A DNA stretch of 63,032 nucleotides, counting the filler, from Octopus bimaculoides (taxonomy: Eukaryota), in assembly GCF_001194135.2 (NCBI RefSeq). It is 6 parts of 6 records of this genome, joined end to end, with 100 filler letters (N's around TTAATTAATTAA, not from the genome) between each part and the next. Parts side by side here need not be neighbours in the genome. Positions count along the whole stretch, not along the records: positions 1 to 20,444 come from NC_069003.1; 5 more parts are not named here. One strand, given 5' to 3'. The notes under the pieces were generated by a model. It saw nothing but the letters and a program-made list of their open reading frames with translations, searched no databases and had not been told where the DNA came from. The position numbers were made by a program, and so were the translations under genes. Each line of letters opens with the position of its first letter. Positions within the stretch are counted from its first letter, which is position 1. Positions 1-11,062 of this stretch are shown one piece after another.

Positions 1-58
<58 letters not shown>

Positions 59-725
59 TACGTGCGTGTGTTCGTGTGTTTGTGAATGTGACTGCAAGAT
101 CTACATAGGATCTACACACGTGTTTACCTGTGTGTTTATGTCTATAGTTCGTATGAGTGTGTCTGTGTGTGCGCGCACGTGCGCCCGTATGTGTGTGTGT
201 GTGTGTGCGTGTGTATGAGTGTGTGTGCGTATATGTGTGTATGTATGTGTGTATGTGCTTGTTTGGTTATGTCTATGCATGTATGTGTGTGCGTGTGCAT
301 ATGTGTGTATGCACGTAAGTATGGATATGAGTGTGTGTGTACTTGTGTATGTATATATGTGTTTGTGCGTTTGTGTGTGTATGTGTAAGTGGGCACGTGT
401 ATGTACATGCGTGTATGTATGTATGGTTATGTGTGTCCGTTTCTGGTGTGTGTGTGAGTGTGTGTGCGTGTGCATTTGTTTATGTGCATGTGTGTTTGTA
501 CGTGTGCATGTGTGTATATGCATGTGTGTATATGCATGTGTGCGTATGCATGTATGTGTATGTGCCTATGTGTGGCTATGTGTGTGTGTCTGTGCGTGTA
601 CATGTGTATGTATACGTGTATGTATATGCGTATGTATGGATATGTGTGTGTGCGTCTGTGCCTGTACATGTGTGTGCATGTGTGTGTGTATGTGCATATG
701 TGAACGTGTGGCTATATGTATGTAA
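1..725. repeat. Degenerate (TG)n/(TATG)n compound microsatellite
   Basis: Pure (TG)n at 1-57, then decayed TG/TATG/TGCA units; accounts for all the VCVC/HTHT ORFs here. Confidence 0.97.
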
Positions 726-744
726 GTTGTGTGTTTGTATTTGT

Positions 745-920
745 GGCTGCTGTTTAGTCCGGATGAAGCCTGTTGTGTCAGGTCTATGATAGAAGCTGTT
801 CCACCCATGACCATCCTGTCTTTCTGCAGTCTACAAGGGACCCTGTTGTACAGTATCACGTTTTCTTTTTACTAAAACAATAGAATCTGATTTGAGGGAG
901 TTGGTTGCTATTTCTAGCAG
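745..920 (-). mobile_element. SINE-like repeat, family F (ends CTGGGGCTAAACAACAAC)
   Basis: Same sequence type recurs at ~4845-4920, ~26975-27140, ~28430-28512, ~30525-30700 and ~59300-59400 (motif GAGGGAGATTTGGCTGCTATTTCTAGCAGG and variants). Confidence 0.6.
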
Positions 921-1052
921 GAAAAGTGACTACATAGAGTCCCCGTGTCGGCACATTTTGTGTGAGTGAGTATGCATGTATATATATGTGCATGTGCGTG
1001 CGTATGTGCATATGCGCGTGAGTGTGTAAGTGCATGTGTATGCGTATGTCTG

Positions 1053-1160
1053 TGTGGTAAGAAGTGTCTTCTACGGCAAGTGTTTTCTTTTATAGCCTGG
1101 TGTCGGTAAAAGCCTTGTGAGTGAATTTGGTAGACGGACACTGAAAGAAGCCTGTCGTAT
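1053..1160 (+). mobile_element. tRNA-derived SINE family B, internally deleted 5' part
   Basis: TGTGGTAAGAAG...AAAGCCTTGTGAGTGAATTTGGTAGACGGACACTGAAAGAAGCCTGTCGTATA matches copies at 19222, 37785 and 41640. Confidence 0.85.
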
Positions 1161-1222
1161 ATGTTATATATGTGAAAATGACCGTACTTTACCAGTAAGC
1201 TACCTGGTGTAAGCCATTCGTT

Positions 1223-1256
1223 TTATTATTATTATTATTACTATTATTATTATTAC

Positions 1257-1332
<76 letters not shown>
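1223..1332. repeat. (AAT/TTA)n microsatellite
   Basis: Near-perfect TTA run. Confidence 0.98.
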
Positions 1333-1334
<2 letters not shown>

Positions 1335-1723
1335 ATAAAATTTGATAATATGAGCTTTTCCCCTTTAGCCTATTTTCTGCATTTCGATTAATTGTTGATT
1401 CGAGCAACTGTTATTTTGATAAGTTGTTTCTTCGAATAACTGCTTTCGATTAATAGCACTTCTATCAAAATTTTAGATAAATGAACTCCAATTCTTTCCT
1501 CGTCTCATCTTCGCCCTTCGCACTAACCTCGCATTCGACTGCTTCTCCCCATTTCATTTCTTTTTCTTTCCACCTTTCTCACCAAATTCTTGTCCCCTAC
1601 AACTTTTTGTCTTTACCCAAAGCTCACGTAGTCTCGCATCCTTTATCAGTTGCAGTCAGTTTCTCGAAACATAGAGGAGGTAAAACTCTGCTGTCTTTCT
1701 TTAATTTCCTTCCAGTCAACTTT

Positions 1724-1756
1724 TCCCTGAAGATGGATACAATCCGAAACGTTGGA
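1724..1756 (+). ncRNA. Candidate minimal type-I hammerhead ribozyme motif of Penelope-like element type
   Basis: TCC-CTGAAGA-T-GGA-TACAA-TCC-GAAA-CGT-T-GGA: CUGANGA and GAAA core, 3-bp stem II, palindromic ACGU stem III, 3-bp stem I. Activity not demonstrated. Confidence 0.45.
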
Positions 1757-1956
1757 TTTTCCACTCCGCACTGCAATTTTGCTTTACATTAACCATTATC
1801 TTTTCCTACCGACGCAAACCACTACCAATCTCTCTGGATTCCGTCCTATCCAATTACACGTAACTCTCTTACATAATCTTGCTCTTATGACACTGAATTG
1901 ACTCGACTCACATGTAAAAATAAATACCTTCTTTCATAAACTTTCCCTACAAAATA

Positions 1957-2147
1957 CAAAAGGCCTGAAATTTTGAGGGTCCATTACACCGACCTCAGTA
2001 CTCAACTGGTGCTTACATCATCGGCCCTGAAAGGATGCAAGGCGAAGTTGACTTCAGTAGAATTTGAACTCAGAACATAAAGACGGAACATATACCGCTA
2101 AGCTTTTCGTCCGCTTTGCTAACGATTCTGCCGATTCTGCCAGCTCA
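1957..2147 (-). mobile_element. tRNA-derived SINE family A
   Basis: Reverse complement of GAGCTGGCAGAATC...GTTCTGAGTTCAAATT...GGCCTT; homologous to 44501-44720 and 60310-60520. Confidence 0.9.
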
Positions 2148-2564
2148 CAGCTCACTCACAGATAATTAGAAGGTATCTGTACAGCACAGCGTCGGCTTCT
2201 ATCCGACGTATTAGGTAGACGTGAAGCTGAGCGTCGGTTGATACAATCTTCCAAATTCATGTTTCGTAACAATAAATTATCAAAAACAACTTTATAGATA
2301 AGATTCTATAGTTATTGCCATAATGTAGCACAACCAGTTAAGAATTTCTATATAATATCTACCATATAAAGGTATTTTCCCCAAACGAAAAACCAGACAA
2401 CATCCCGATCCACATATCGGTTTATGTTACAAAGACAATGGACATCCATGGCAATGGTGCTATTAATAATATATAACACTACAATAGCTGCACCAGACTT
2501 GTAGATGTATAAACTCCATTGATGATTGAGGATGGAAACCGATACATACACATATGCATATATA

Positions 2565-2609
<45 letters not shown>

Positions 2610-2734
2610 ATTATGCTTCAGACATTGCTAAATGTATCGAAAGAGTTAAAACTCTTAGTTATAAATATCTGGTGTTCAGTACAGATAGCGACAAGTTGTG
2701 TTGCTTAATGAATAATATATATATATATATATAT

Positions 2735-2796
<62 letters not shown>

Positions 2797-3009
2797 AGAG
2801 AGATAGAGGGAGGGAAGAGTGAGAGGTAGAGACAGAGACAGACAGAGATAATGAAGTGGATAAACAAATATAAACTGCTTAGGAGAGATATACAAAACAT
2901 ACACACATATAAATAGACAAAGCAAAGGCTGAATAATTTCAGACAATGAATATTGCTGTAGGAATGTATTGGTATTTATATATCAACAGAGCAAACTTAC
3001 GTAATGTAT

Positions 3010-3115
3010 AATGACAGGGCTGTAGTAGAAGACGCTTACCCAGGGTGCAACGCTATGGGATTGAACACGGAACCGTGGGGCTCGGAAGCAAACTTCTTTC
3101 CACACAACCACGCCT
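3010..3115 (-). mobile_element. SINE family B, 5' part
   Basis: CTGTAGTAGAAGACGCTTACCCAGGGTGC...GGAAGCAAACTTCTTTCCACACAACCAC, reverse complement of the family B head. Confidence 0.8.
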
Positions 3116-3622
3116 GCGCCAATGCTGGTGGAGTGTGCGTGCGTGGGAGCGGTGCATGTGTGTGTGTGCGTGTGTGTGTGTGTGTGTGTGTGAGTTAGAA
3201 ATGCATTGCTTAAAGTTTCTCTTACCGGGTCTGGTGGGAGGGCAATACCCGTACCCCTTGCGGCCCTTCCAAGGTAATTGAGATTGGAGCCTTTTGTGTT
3301 CTTGTTGAACCTTTGCCAGTCGAAACCCTCCAAGAGAGAAAGAGCTGGGACAGAGTTTTTGTATTTATTTTGCAATATATGGGGTTATAAAATTGTATGT
3401 TGAAACCAGTATTGTAGTTTGAGAGGATCGGTTTGTCAAGAAACGCACACACACTGAATGCATTTCACTTCTTTTCTTTATTCTTATTCAACTAAACCAA
3501 TTAAATGATCCATTGTTTAGTCAAGCGATTAATTGGTTCGTCACATTCCTTTCTTAGCAATCCATGATCTCATCGATCGCATACCCTTTATCTGTACTTG
3601 TTCTATAACACACGAACACGCA

Positions 3623-3686
3623 CAGAACAGGCTTCAATACAGTTTCCACTCTATCAGAACAGGCTTCAATACAGTTTCCACTCTAT
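3623..3686. repeat. Exact 32-bp tandem duplication
   Basis: CAGAACAGGCTTCAATACAGTTTCCACTCTAT at 3623-3654 and 3655-3686. Confidence 0.95.
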
Positions 3687-3774
3687 CACATGATTGCGCC
3701 CAGCAGCGGAATCGAACCATATACCTGTTACGATGTGAATTGCTCAATAACACAGTCATGCTAATAATATACAT

Positions 3775-3837
<63 letters not shown>

Positions 3838-4115
3838 NNNNNNNNNNNNNNNNNNNNNNNNNNNNNNNNNNNNNNNNNNNNNNNNNNNNNNNNNNNNNNN
3901 NNNNNNNNNNNNNNNNNNNNNNNNNNNNNNNNNNNNNNNNNNNNNNNNNNNNNNNNNNNNNNNNNNNNNNNNNNNNNNNNNNNNNNNNNNNNNNNNNNNN
4001 NNNNNNNNNNNNNNNNNNNNNNNNNNNNNNNNNNNNNNNNNNNNNNNNNNNNNNNNNNNNNNNNNNNNNNNNNNNNNNNNNNNNNNNNNNNNNNNNNNNN
4101 NNNNNNNNNNNNNNN

Positions 4116-4231
4116 AAGAAGAAGAAGAAGAAGAAGAAGAAGAAGAAGAAGAAGAAGAAGAAGAAGAAGAAGAAGAAGAAGAAGAAGAAGAAGAAGAACA
4201 ACAACAACAACAACAACAACAATAATAATAA
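4116..4231. repeat. (GAA)n(CAA)n(AAT)n compound microsatellite
   Basis: Read directly; follows an N gap. Confidence 0.97.
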
Positions 4232-4232
4232 C

Positions 4233-4487
4233 TGGTTTAAACATGTGCAAAACAAGCTACAAGACAACGACCAGGCCACGATCCTCTGGGATATGCCTCT
4301 TCAAACCGACAAAGAAATTAAAGCTAATTTCCCAGACATAATAATCAAGGATTGGAAAAAAAAAATACGAAAACACCTGCTTAGTGATAGACATTGCAGT
4401 CCCTTCTGACCAAAATGTTGCTCCAAAAGAAGTGGGGAAATTGTCAAAGTACAAAGTCCTCGAAAGTGGGGTACTCAAGGTATGGGG
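4233..4487 (+). mobile_element. Non-LTR retrotransposon fragment, restriction-like endonuclease (R4/Dong-type)
   Basis: Translates with one frameshift as WFKHVQNKLQDNDQATILWDMPLQTDKEIKANFPDIIIKDW...TCLVIDIAVPSDQNVAPKEVGKLSKYK, matching the RLE PD-(D/E)xK region of R4/Dong LINEs. Confidence 0.85.
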
Positions 4488-4493
4488 CTAATT

Positions 4494-4821
4494 GAGTCTC
4501 CGTCGGTTACGACTACGAGGATTCCAGTTGATCTGATCAACGGAACAGCTTGCTCGTGAAATTAACGTGCAAGTGGTTGAGCGCTCCACAGACACGTGTA
4601 CCCTTGACATAGTTCTTAGGGAGATTCAGAGTGACAGCGAATGCGATGAGGCTGACCGCTCCTCCCCCTTTGGATTACAGGCACAACTCAGTTTTGTCAA
4701 GTGAATGGACCGGAGCAACATGAAATAAAGTGCCTTGCTCTTGGACACAACGCGCCACTAGGAATCGAACCCACGACCGTTCGATTGTGAGCCGAATACT
4801 CTAACCATAAAGCCACGCGCC
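4494..4821 (-). mobile_element. tRNA-derived SINE family D, near full length
   Basis: Minus strand begins GGCGCGTGGCTTTATGGTTAGAGT (A box)...GGGTTCGATTCC (B box), then a central TTGTGTCC..GAGCAAGGCACTTTATTT domain and a tail ending GTAACCGACGGAGAC. Confidence 0.88.
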
Positions 4822-5401
4822 TTCACTAGCAGCAGTAACAGCAATAACAGCTCGAAATCGTTTGATTATAGGTCTGTTCGATCGGGAGAGCCACCTGGGG
4901 TTAAACAACAAACAGAACAGCGTTTGAATTGATGTAGATATGATGTAATGAAATTATGCAAAAGACTAGCATAGCATTAGGTTGAGCACAACAACAACAA
5001 CATAAATAGCAGCAACAACAACTACAATAACAACAACAAAAAGAGAGGCAACAGGATGTTTAAGATGAGGAAAATGAATGTATTAATTGTTGTTGTTTCA
5101 TAGCAGACATTGCACAAAACGTACGTTTGAAAATGGAAGAGGAAGAGACTTAAACATGGCGTATGTGTAATCCCTCGTTGAAAGATTTGGATTTAACCAG
5201 TCAGTTTTCATATTTGAATATTTATGTTCTTTATAATGCAATCAGGTATAAAACAAAAATATTAACAACAACCAATATGGCCGACATTATATGCGCCGCA
5301 TAGTGTTCCAAAACTAAACACGTAATACGTACACACAAATAAATACATACAGACACATATNNNNNNNNNNNNNNNNNNNNNNNNNNNNNNNNNNNNNNNN
5401 N

Positions 5402-5455
<54 letters not shown>

Positions 5456-5607
5456 ATATATATACATACACACATACATACATATAAACAAACACATACA
5501 CACACACATATATATTTATATATATACATAGACACATATATATGTATATGTGTGTGTATGTATAGATATATATATACATACACGCACATGTATATGCATA
5601 TGTGTAT

Positions 5608-5643
<36 letters not shown>

Positions 5644-6037
5644 ACATATATGTAGAGAAGCAAAACTAAAGGGCTTCGAATTACTTTTTATTCGTGCACC
5701 GTCGCCTTACAGCTGTTTCTGATATACATTATAGGTGTGTCCATGATTCCGTTTACTCAGTTGGTCGATTGATCGATTGAAAAAAAACAACAAATTGAAC
5801 GATTTTGACAAAGTCCACAATCACATTTCTATAATGTGACAGAAAATACTGGAGGATCAGTTAATTAGGATTTTAATCATGTTACTCCTCTCTCAGATTC
5901 GCACACACTCATTGCAGCGGTCCTTCAGCTTTCCAAAGCCCTGTAAAAGAACTCGGAGGGTTGGGCCTCCTCCAACCCGGCCTTTCGCGACACCCTTAAA
6001 ACCAGGAACATTTCAGCATCCTTTCGCTTATCTGTTT

Positions 6038-6041
<4 letters not shown>

Positions 6042-6088
<47 letters not shown>

Positions 6089-6635
6089 GACACCTTTCCC
6101 TTTTACTGGTTTTCTACCGCCTTCCCTTTCTGTCTTCCTTCTCTTCCTTCCTTCATTCATTCATTTCTTTCCTCCTTTTCTTCTTTTTTCCTTTTCTTCT
6201 TTCTTTGTTGCCTTCCCTTTTTTCTTGCATTATTTCTTTCCTTTCTTTTCTCCTTTCTTCCTTCCTTCCTCCTTTCTTCCTTTCCTTCTTTTCTTCCCTC
6301 TTTCTTTTCATCTTTCTTCCCTTCCTTCTTTCTTCTCCATCTTCCTTTCTTTCTGTCTGTCTTCGTTTCTTCCGTCCTTCCTTCCTTCCTTCTTTCCTTT
6401 CCTTCCTCCTTCCTTCCTTTCTTTCATTCTTTCTTTTCTTCTTTCTTTTCTTCTTTCTTTCCTCTTTTCTTTCTTCCTTCTTTCCTTTCCTTCTTTCTTT
6501 CATTATTCCCTCCCTTCTTCCCCCTCCCTCCTTCCTTCCCCCCTCCCTTCCTTCCCTTATTCCTTCCTTCCTTTCCTTCCTTTCCTCATTCCTTCCCCCT
6601 TTCTTTCCTCTTTTCTTTCTTCCTTCTTTCCTTTC
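6042..6635. repeat. (CT)n plus degenerate CCTT/CTTT polypyrimidine tract
   Basis: Almost entirely pyrimidine on + for ~600 bp; source of the F/L/S/P-rich pseudo-ORFs. Confidence 0.95.
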
Positions 6636-7499
6636 NNNNNNNNNNNNNNNNNNNNNNNNNNNNNNNNNNNNNNNNNNNNNNNNNNNNNNNNNNNNNNNNN
6701 NNNNNNNNNNNNNNNNNNNNNNNNNNNNNNNNNNNNNNNNNNNNNNNNNNNNNNNNNNNNNNNNNNNNNNNNNNNNNNNNNNNNNNNNNNNNNNNNNNNN
6801 NNNNNNNNNNNNNNNNNNNNNNNNNNNNNNNNNNNNNNNNNNNNNNNNNNNNNNNNNNNNNNNNNNNNNNNNNNNNNNNNNNNNNNNNNNNNNNNNNNNN
6901 NNNNNNNNNNNNNNNNNNNNNNNNNNNNNNNNNNNNNNNNNNNNNNNNNNNNNNNNNNNNNNNNNNNNNNNNNNNNNNNNNNNNNNNNNNNNNNNNNNNN
7001 NNNNNNNNNNNNNNNNNNNNNNNNNNNNNNNNNNNNNNNNNNNNNNNNNNNNNNNNNNNNNNNNNNNNNNNNNNNNNNNNNNNNNNNNNNNNNNNNNNNN
7101 NNNNNNNNNNNNNNNNNNNNNNNNNNNNNNNNNNNNNNNNNNNNNNNNNNNNNNNNNNNNNNNNNNNNNNNNNNNNNNNNNNNNNNNNNNNNNNNNNNNN
7201 NNNNNNNNNNNNNNNNNNNNNNNNNNNNNNNNNNNNNNNNNNNNNNNNNNNNNNNNNNNNNNNNNNNNNNNNNNNNNNNNNNNNNNNNNNNNNNNNNNNN
7301 NNNNNNNNNNNNNNNNNNNNNNNNNNNNNNNNNNNNNNNNNNNNNNNNNTATATATATATATATATATATGTATATATGCGTGTATGTATGCGTGTATAT
7401 ATATGCGTGTTGTATGTATATATGTATGTATTTATGTATGTATTTATATATGCATGTATATATGTGTGTGTATGTATGTATGTATGTATGTATGTACTT

Positions 7500-8025
7500 C
7501 ACACTTAGAAGGCTATGCGTTTGCTATTCCTGAGCAAGAAATTACTACAAGATACCGAATGAAGACAAGGTCCTTCACGATGCATCCGAAAGTGTCGATT
7601 ATGTCACATTCCTGCGGAAAATACCTCACGTGTGATGAGCAGCTGCTAATGTCATCAAGACACTATCTTCCCATGCGTCACAACATTGTCACTAAAACTA
7701 TAGAATACCATCTGATAATAAAAGACTGTCTTTAAATGAATTTAGAGACCCCCACCCCTGTCCCTGTTGTTGAATACTTACATAAGCATCTCTACAAGGA
7801 AAATTAGCGGGACATTCCCATCAAAATATCTGTCATGTGGTAAGCCTAACATGCCGGACATCGTTGTTTGGGACTGATAAGAAAAAGTATGCACTGTCAT
7901 AGAAGTCAGCCGTCCTGCTGATGTGAATATCTGTTTGAAAATCAAAGAGAAAGAAGATAACTACGGAGCGACTGCTCCGGAACTGTCAGCTTCTATATCC
8001 AGATTTTAAATTTATATTTATGTCA
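7500..8025 (+). mobile_element. R4/Dong-type RLE LINE, degenerate C-terminal fragment
   Basis: LEGYAFAIPEQEITTRY...SRHYLPMRHNIVTKTI...WDIPIKIS..PDIVVW...CTVIEVSRPADVNICLKIKEKEDNYG..LLRNCQLLYPDFKF across several frameshifts; paralogous to 19426-20015. Confidence 0.85.
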
Positions 8026-8034
8026 ATAATTTTT

Positions 8035-8238
8035 TTCTACTCTAGGCACAAGGCCTGAAATTTTGGGGGAGTGGGGTCCAGTCGGTTAGATCACCCCCAA
8101 TAGGTAACTGGTACTTCATTTATCGACCCCGGAAGGATGAAAGGCAAAGTCGACCTCGGTGGAATTTGAACTCAGAGCACGAAGACAGACGAATCCGGAA
8201 CCATGTGATTCGGAAGCAAACTTCTTACCATACAGCCA
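8035..8238 (-). mobile_element. Chimeric SINE: family B head (8193-8238) joined to family A body and tail (8035-8192)
   Basis: Minus strand TGGCTGTATGGTAAGAAGTTTGCTTCCGAATCACATGGTTCCGGATTC runs directly into GTCTGTCTTCGTGCTCTGAGTTCAAATTCCACCGAGGTCGAC. Confidence 0.8.
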
Positions 8239-9489
8239 TTAAAATGCACTTTGCGTATTTTTACTTATGTATTTTAATAAGTGTGACAACGTGAGCGCTT
8301 CTGCTGTTCTATGGCTTGGTCGATGCATTGCAATAAATGTTATCGATTTCTTTTGCTCTGAGGATTTCTATCTCTGCTGATCCATTTATGGAGGAGTTAA
8401 TATAAAATGCTCCTCTAAGTAGCGATTTTTACCGCTGTCATTGTGTGTCTCCTTCAATATTCTCTGTCGCCATATATTTGCATACGTTTATGTCTTCGGT
8501 GTAAACAGACGCGATGGAATGTTAATGCCTACAGATGGACTTATTATATTATATTGTTATTCCTACTTGTATAGTTCTAGAGTTTGAATTTTAGTACCAA
8601 CTAATGTTTATTTATATATATANNNNNNNNNNNNNNNNNNNNNNNNNNNNNNNNNNNNNNNNNNNNNNNNNNNNNNNNNNNNNNNNNNNNNNNNNNNNNN
8701 NNNNNNNNNNNNNNNNNNNNNNNNNNNNNNNNNTATATATCTTCCTTAAATTCCTAAGCGTCAGCTGCAGCGACTATTACAACCGCCATGTTGTCTAAAC
8801 ACCTTGTGGATGTTAAAATATTTGTATCTTGGTAACAGTTTATTTTCTACATTAGATATGTAGAAATTTACGAGCGCGTGTTCTAAAGGATGATTCGAAT
8901 CCGTATTCATAGAACGTGTCTACTACAAAGAGGCAGCAATACATGCTAATATCACTCCATTTTGAAGATGTAACGGCGAAGGCCTCAAATATTTGTTGAT
9001 ATAATTAGGAACTTTTTCTCTTCTACACAGACTGAAACGAACTCACATGAAAATACGATAAAACCTCAATTAAAAAAATGCATAAATACAGAATACTGTC
9101 GTTTTTTCTCTATACAGGTCTAAACACACACATATATACACACAGACACAAACACATATGATGAATATATATATATGCATACACAGACACATACACATCA
9201 TATGTGTGTGTAAGAATACACATAAATACACATATATATAAATCTGTGAGTGAGTATACGTATATATATATATGTATGTATTTATACATATGTATGCGTG
9301 TACGTATGTATTTATGTATGTATGTATGTATACGTATATAGTCAACAGATGACATCCAGAGATTCTCAGTAGAGAAGACACTTGGTGGTGATCAAACAGC
9401 TTAAACTTAGACTCCGATGTCTTTACGTGAGGATTAAGTCCACAGGGTAAAGAACGGCAGTAAGAGGGATGAAGCTGAGTGATTATCAA

Positions 9490-10016
9490 GGCAATTCGGC
9501 GGATAAACGAGAGATAGCTATATTAAATATAACAACTTAGGTATGGAATACAAAATATGTCTATCTGTATACATGCAAAGCGAGAGAAAGCAAAAGTTGG
9601 AGACTTTCAGACGATGAATATTTAAGGGTAATTATAAATACATAGAAATTTATATTAATAGATCCAATTTATACAGAGAAAATTAAAGGTGAGGAAGCAA
9701 GGTGTTATAAGTCCAACAGCTGTTTCTAGGGGTTCGGAAATCCATAAATATGATCTCCGAACCCCCAGAAGCAGCTGCTGGACTTATAACACCTTTCTTA
9801 AACACTTTTAATTTTCTCTGTCGTTTGTACTCTGTGTGAGTTGAATTTATTAATATAAATATCTATATATTTATATTTATACTTAAATATTCATCGTCTG
9901 AAAGTTTCCAATTTTTGCTTTCTCTCGTTTTGTATGTATACATATAGACATATTTTGTATTTCATTCACAAACTGTTATATTTAATAAATCTAATTTGTT
10001 TATCCGCAGAAGTGCC
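9490..10016. mobile_element. Fold-back (fully palindromic) MITE-like element, ~250-bp arms
   Basis: Left arm GGCAATTCGGCGGATAAAC...TAGGGGTTCGGA; 17-nt loop at 9739-9755; right arm TCCGAACCCCCAG...GTTTATCCGCAGAAGTGCC; flanks AA / TA. Confidence 0.8.
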
Positions 10017-10034
10017 TACACGCGCGCGCGCGCG

Positions 10035-10100
<66 letters not shown>

Positions 10101-10340
10101 TCTCAATATTTTTATGTTCATGAATATAGTCATGTGTGTGTGTGTGTAGCGATGTATATTAGAGCGTAGTGCTTGTTAGATGAAGGTCTATATGTTATAT
10201 TGCTATTATAGGTTCCGTGACGGAAAATCAATAAGTCAAAAGATCGATCATCTAGTGATCGATCGGAATGTAATGACTAAACGAATATACTATTGTCGTG
10301 TTTTGTCTGATCACATGCATGTTCAGCAGCACATGCATTC

Positions 10341-10341
<1 letters not shown>

Positions 10342-10410
<69 letters not shown>

Positions 10411-10440
10411 TTATCTATCTATCTATCCTATCTACCTATC
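10342..10440. repeat. (TATC)n microsatellite
   Basis: Read directly; source of the SIYL ORFs. The same type occurs at 12250-12300 and 13090-13150. Confidence 0.97.
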
Positions 10441-10781
10441 TGTCTGTCAGTCTGTCTGTCTGTCTATCTATCTATCAGTCTTTCTATCTATCTGTGCATC
10501 TATCTATCTCTTTATCTGTCTATCTTTTTTCTATCTCTATTTGTCTATTTATCTAACTAGTTATCTGTTTATCTTTCTAACCAGCTTATTAATTAACTAG
10601 CTAATTCACTGACTAATTAACTATTTAACAAACGAACTATCCTTTTCCCCATCCAGTTATGAAGCCATCCATTTTAGAATTTACGTCCACATTTTTGTTT
10701 GTCGTCATAAAAAAAATTACATTACCGCCTCTCCCTTCCTCTCTCTCCCCCCTTCTCTCTTTCACCTCTCTCTCTCTCTCT

Positions 10782-10818
<37 letters not shown>

Positions 10819-10819
10819 A

Positions 10820-11062
10820 CAGGAAGGACAAGGTCTGCTTAGGAGGTTGTTGTGTCCTAGCATATGTGCTGCCTCCTTTAGTTTTCGTATTTTCCAGTGA
10901 TGTTCTCTGTCTATTATTTTACCTTTATCCCACGGGGAAAGGTGGTCTCCATTTTTCCATACATGATCAGCTACACTCGATTTATCAACATCTCCTCGTG
11001 TCACAGCTTTACGATGTTCGTCTACTCTTATTTTGAGCGAGCGACATGTTTCGCCTTTGTAG
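10820..11062 (-). mobile_element. Penelope-like element fragment, GIY-YIG endonuclease C-terminal part
   Basis: YKGETCRSLKIRVDEHRKAVTRGDVDKSSVADHVWKNGDHLSPWDKGKIIDREHHWKIRKLKEAAHM matches the PLE pattern YIGET.R.L..R..EH...S.VA.H.....H...W....I...E.....RK.KEA. Confidence 0.9.

Noticed and set aside
6-789. Many overlapping ORFs rich in VC/HT/YI/MY, here and throughout the track
   Set aside because: They are translations of (TG)n, (TA)n and (TATG)n microsatellites, which lack stops in several frames.
3205-3275. GC-rich patch ending in a strong donor CAAG/GTAATT
   Set aside because: No convincing acceptor or start and no recognisable peptide in any frame.
5879-7735. 618-aa ORF and other long ORFs containing X runs
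   Set aside because: Their length comes from a polypyrimidine tract plus N gaps; only the last ~75 aa (RLE LINE) are meaningful.
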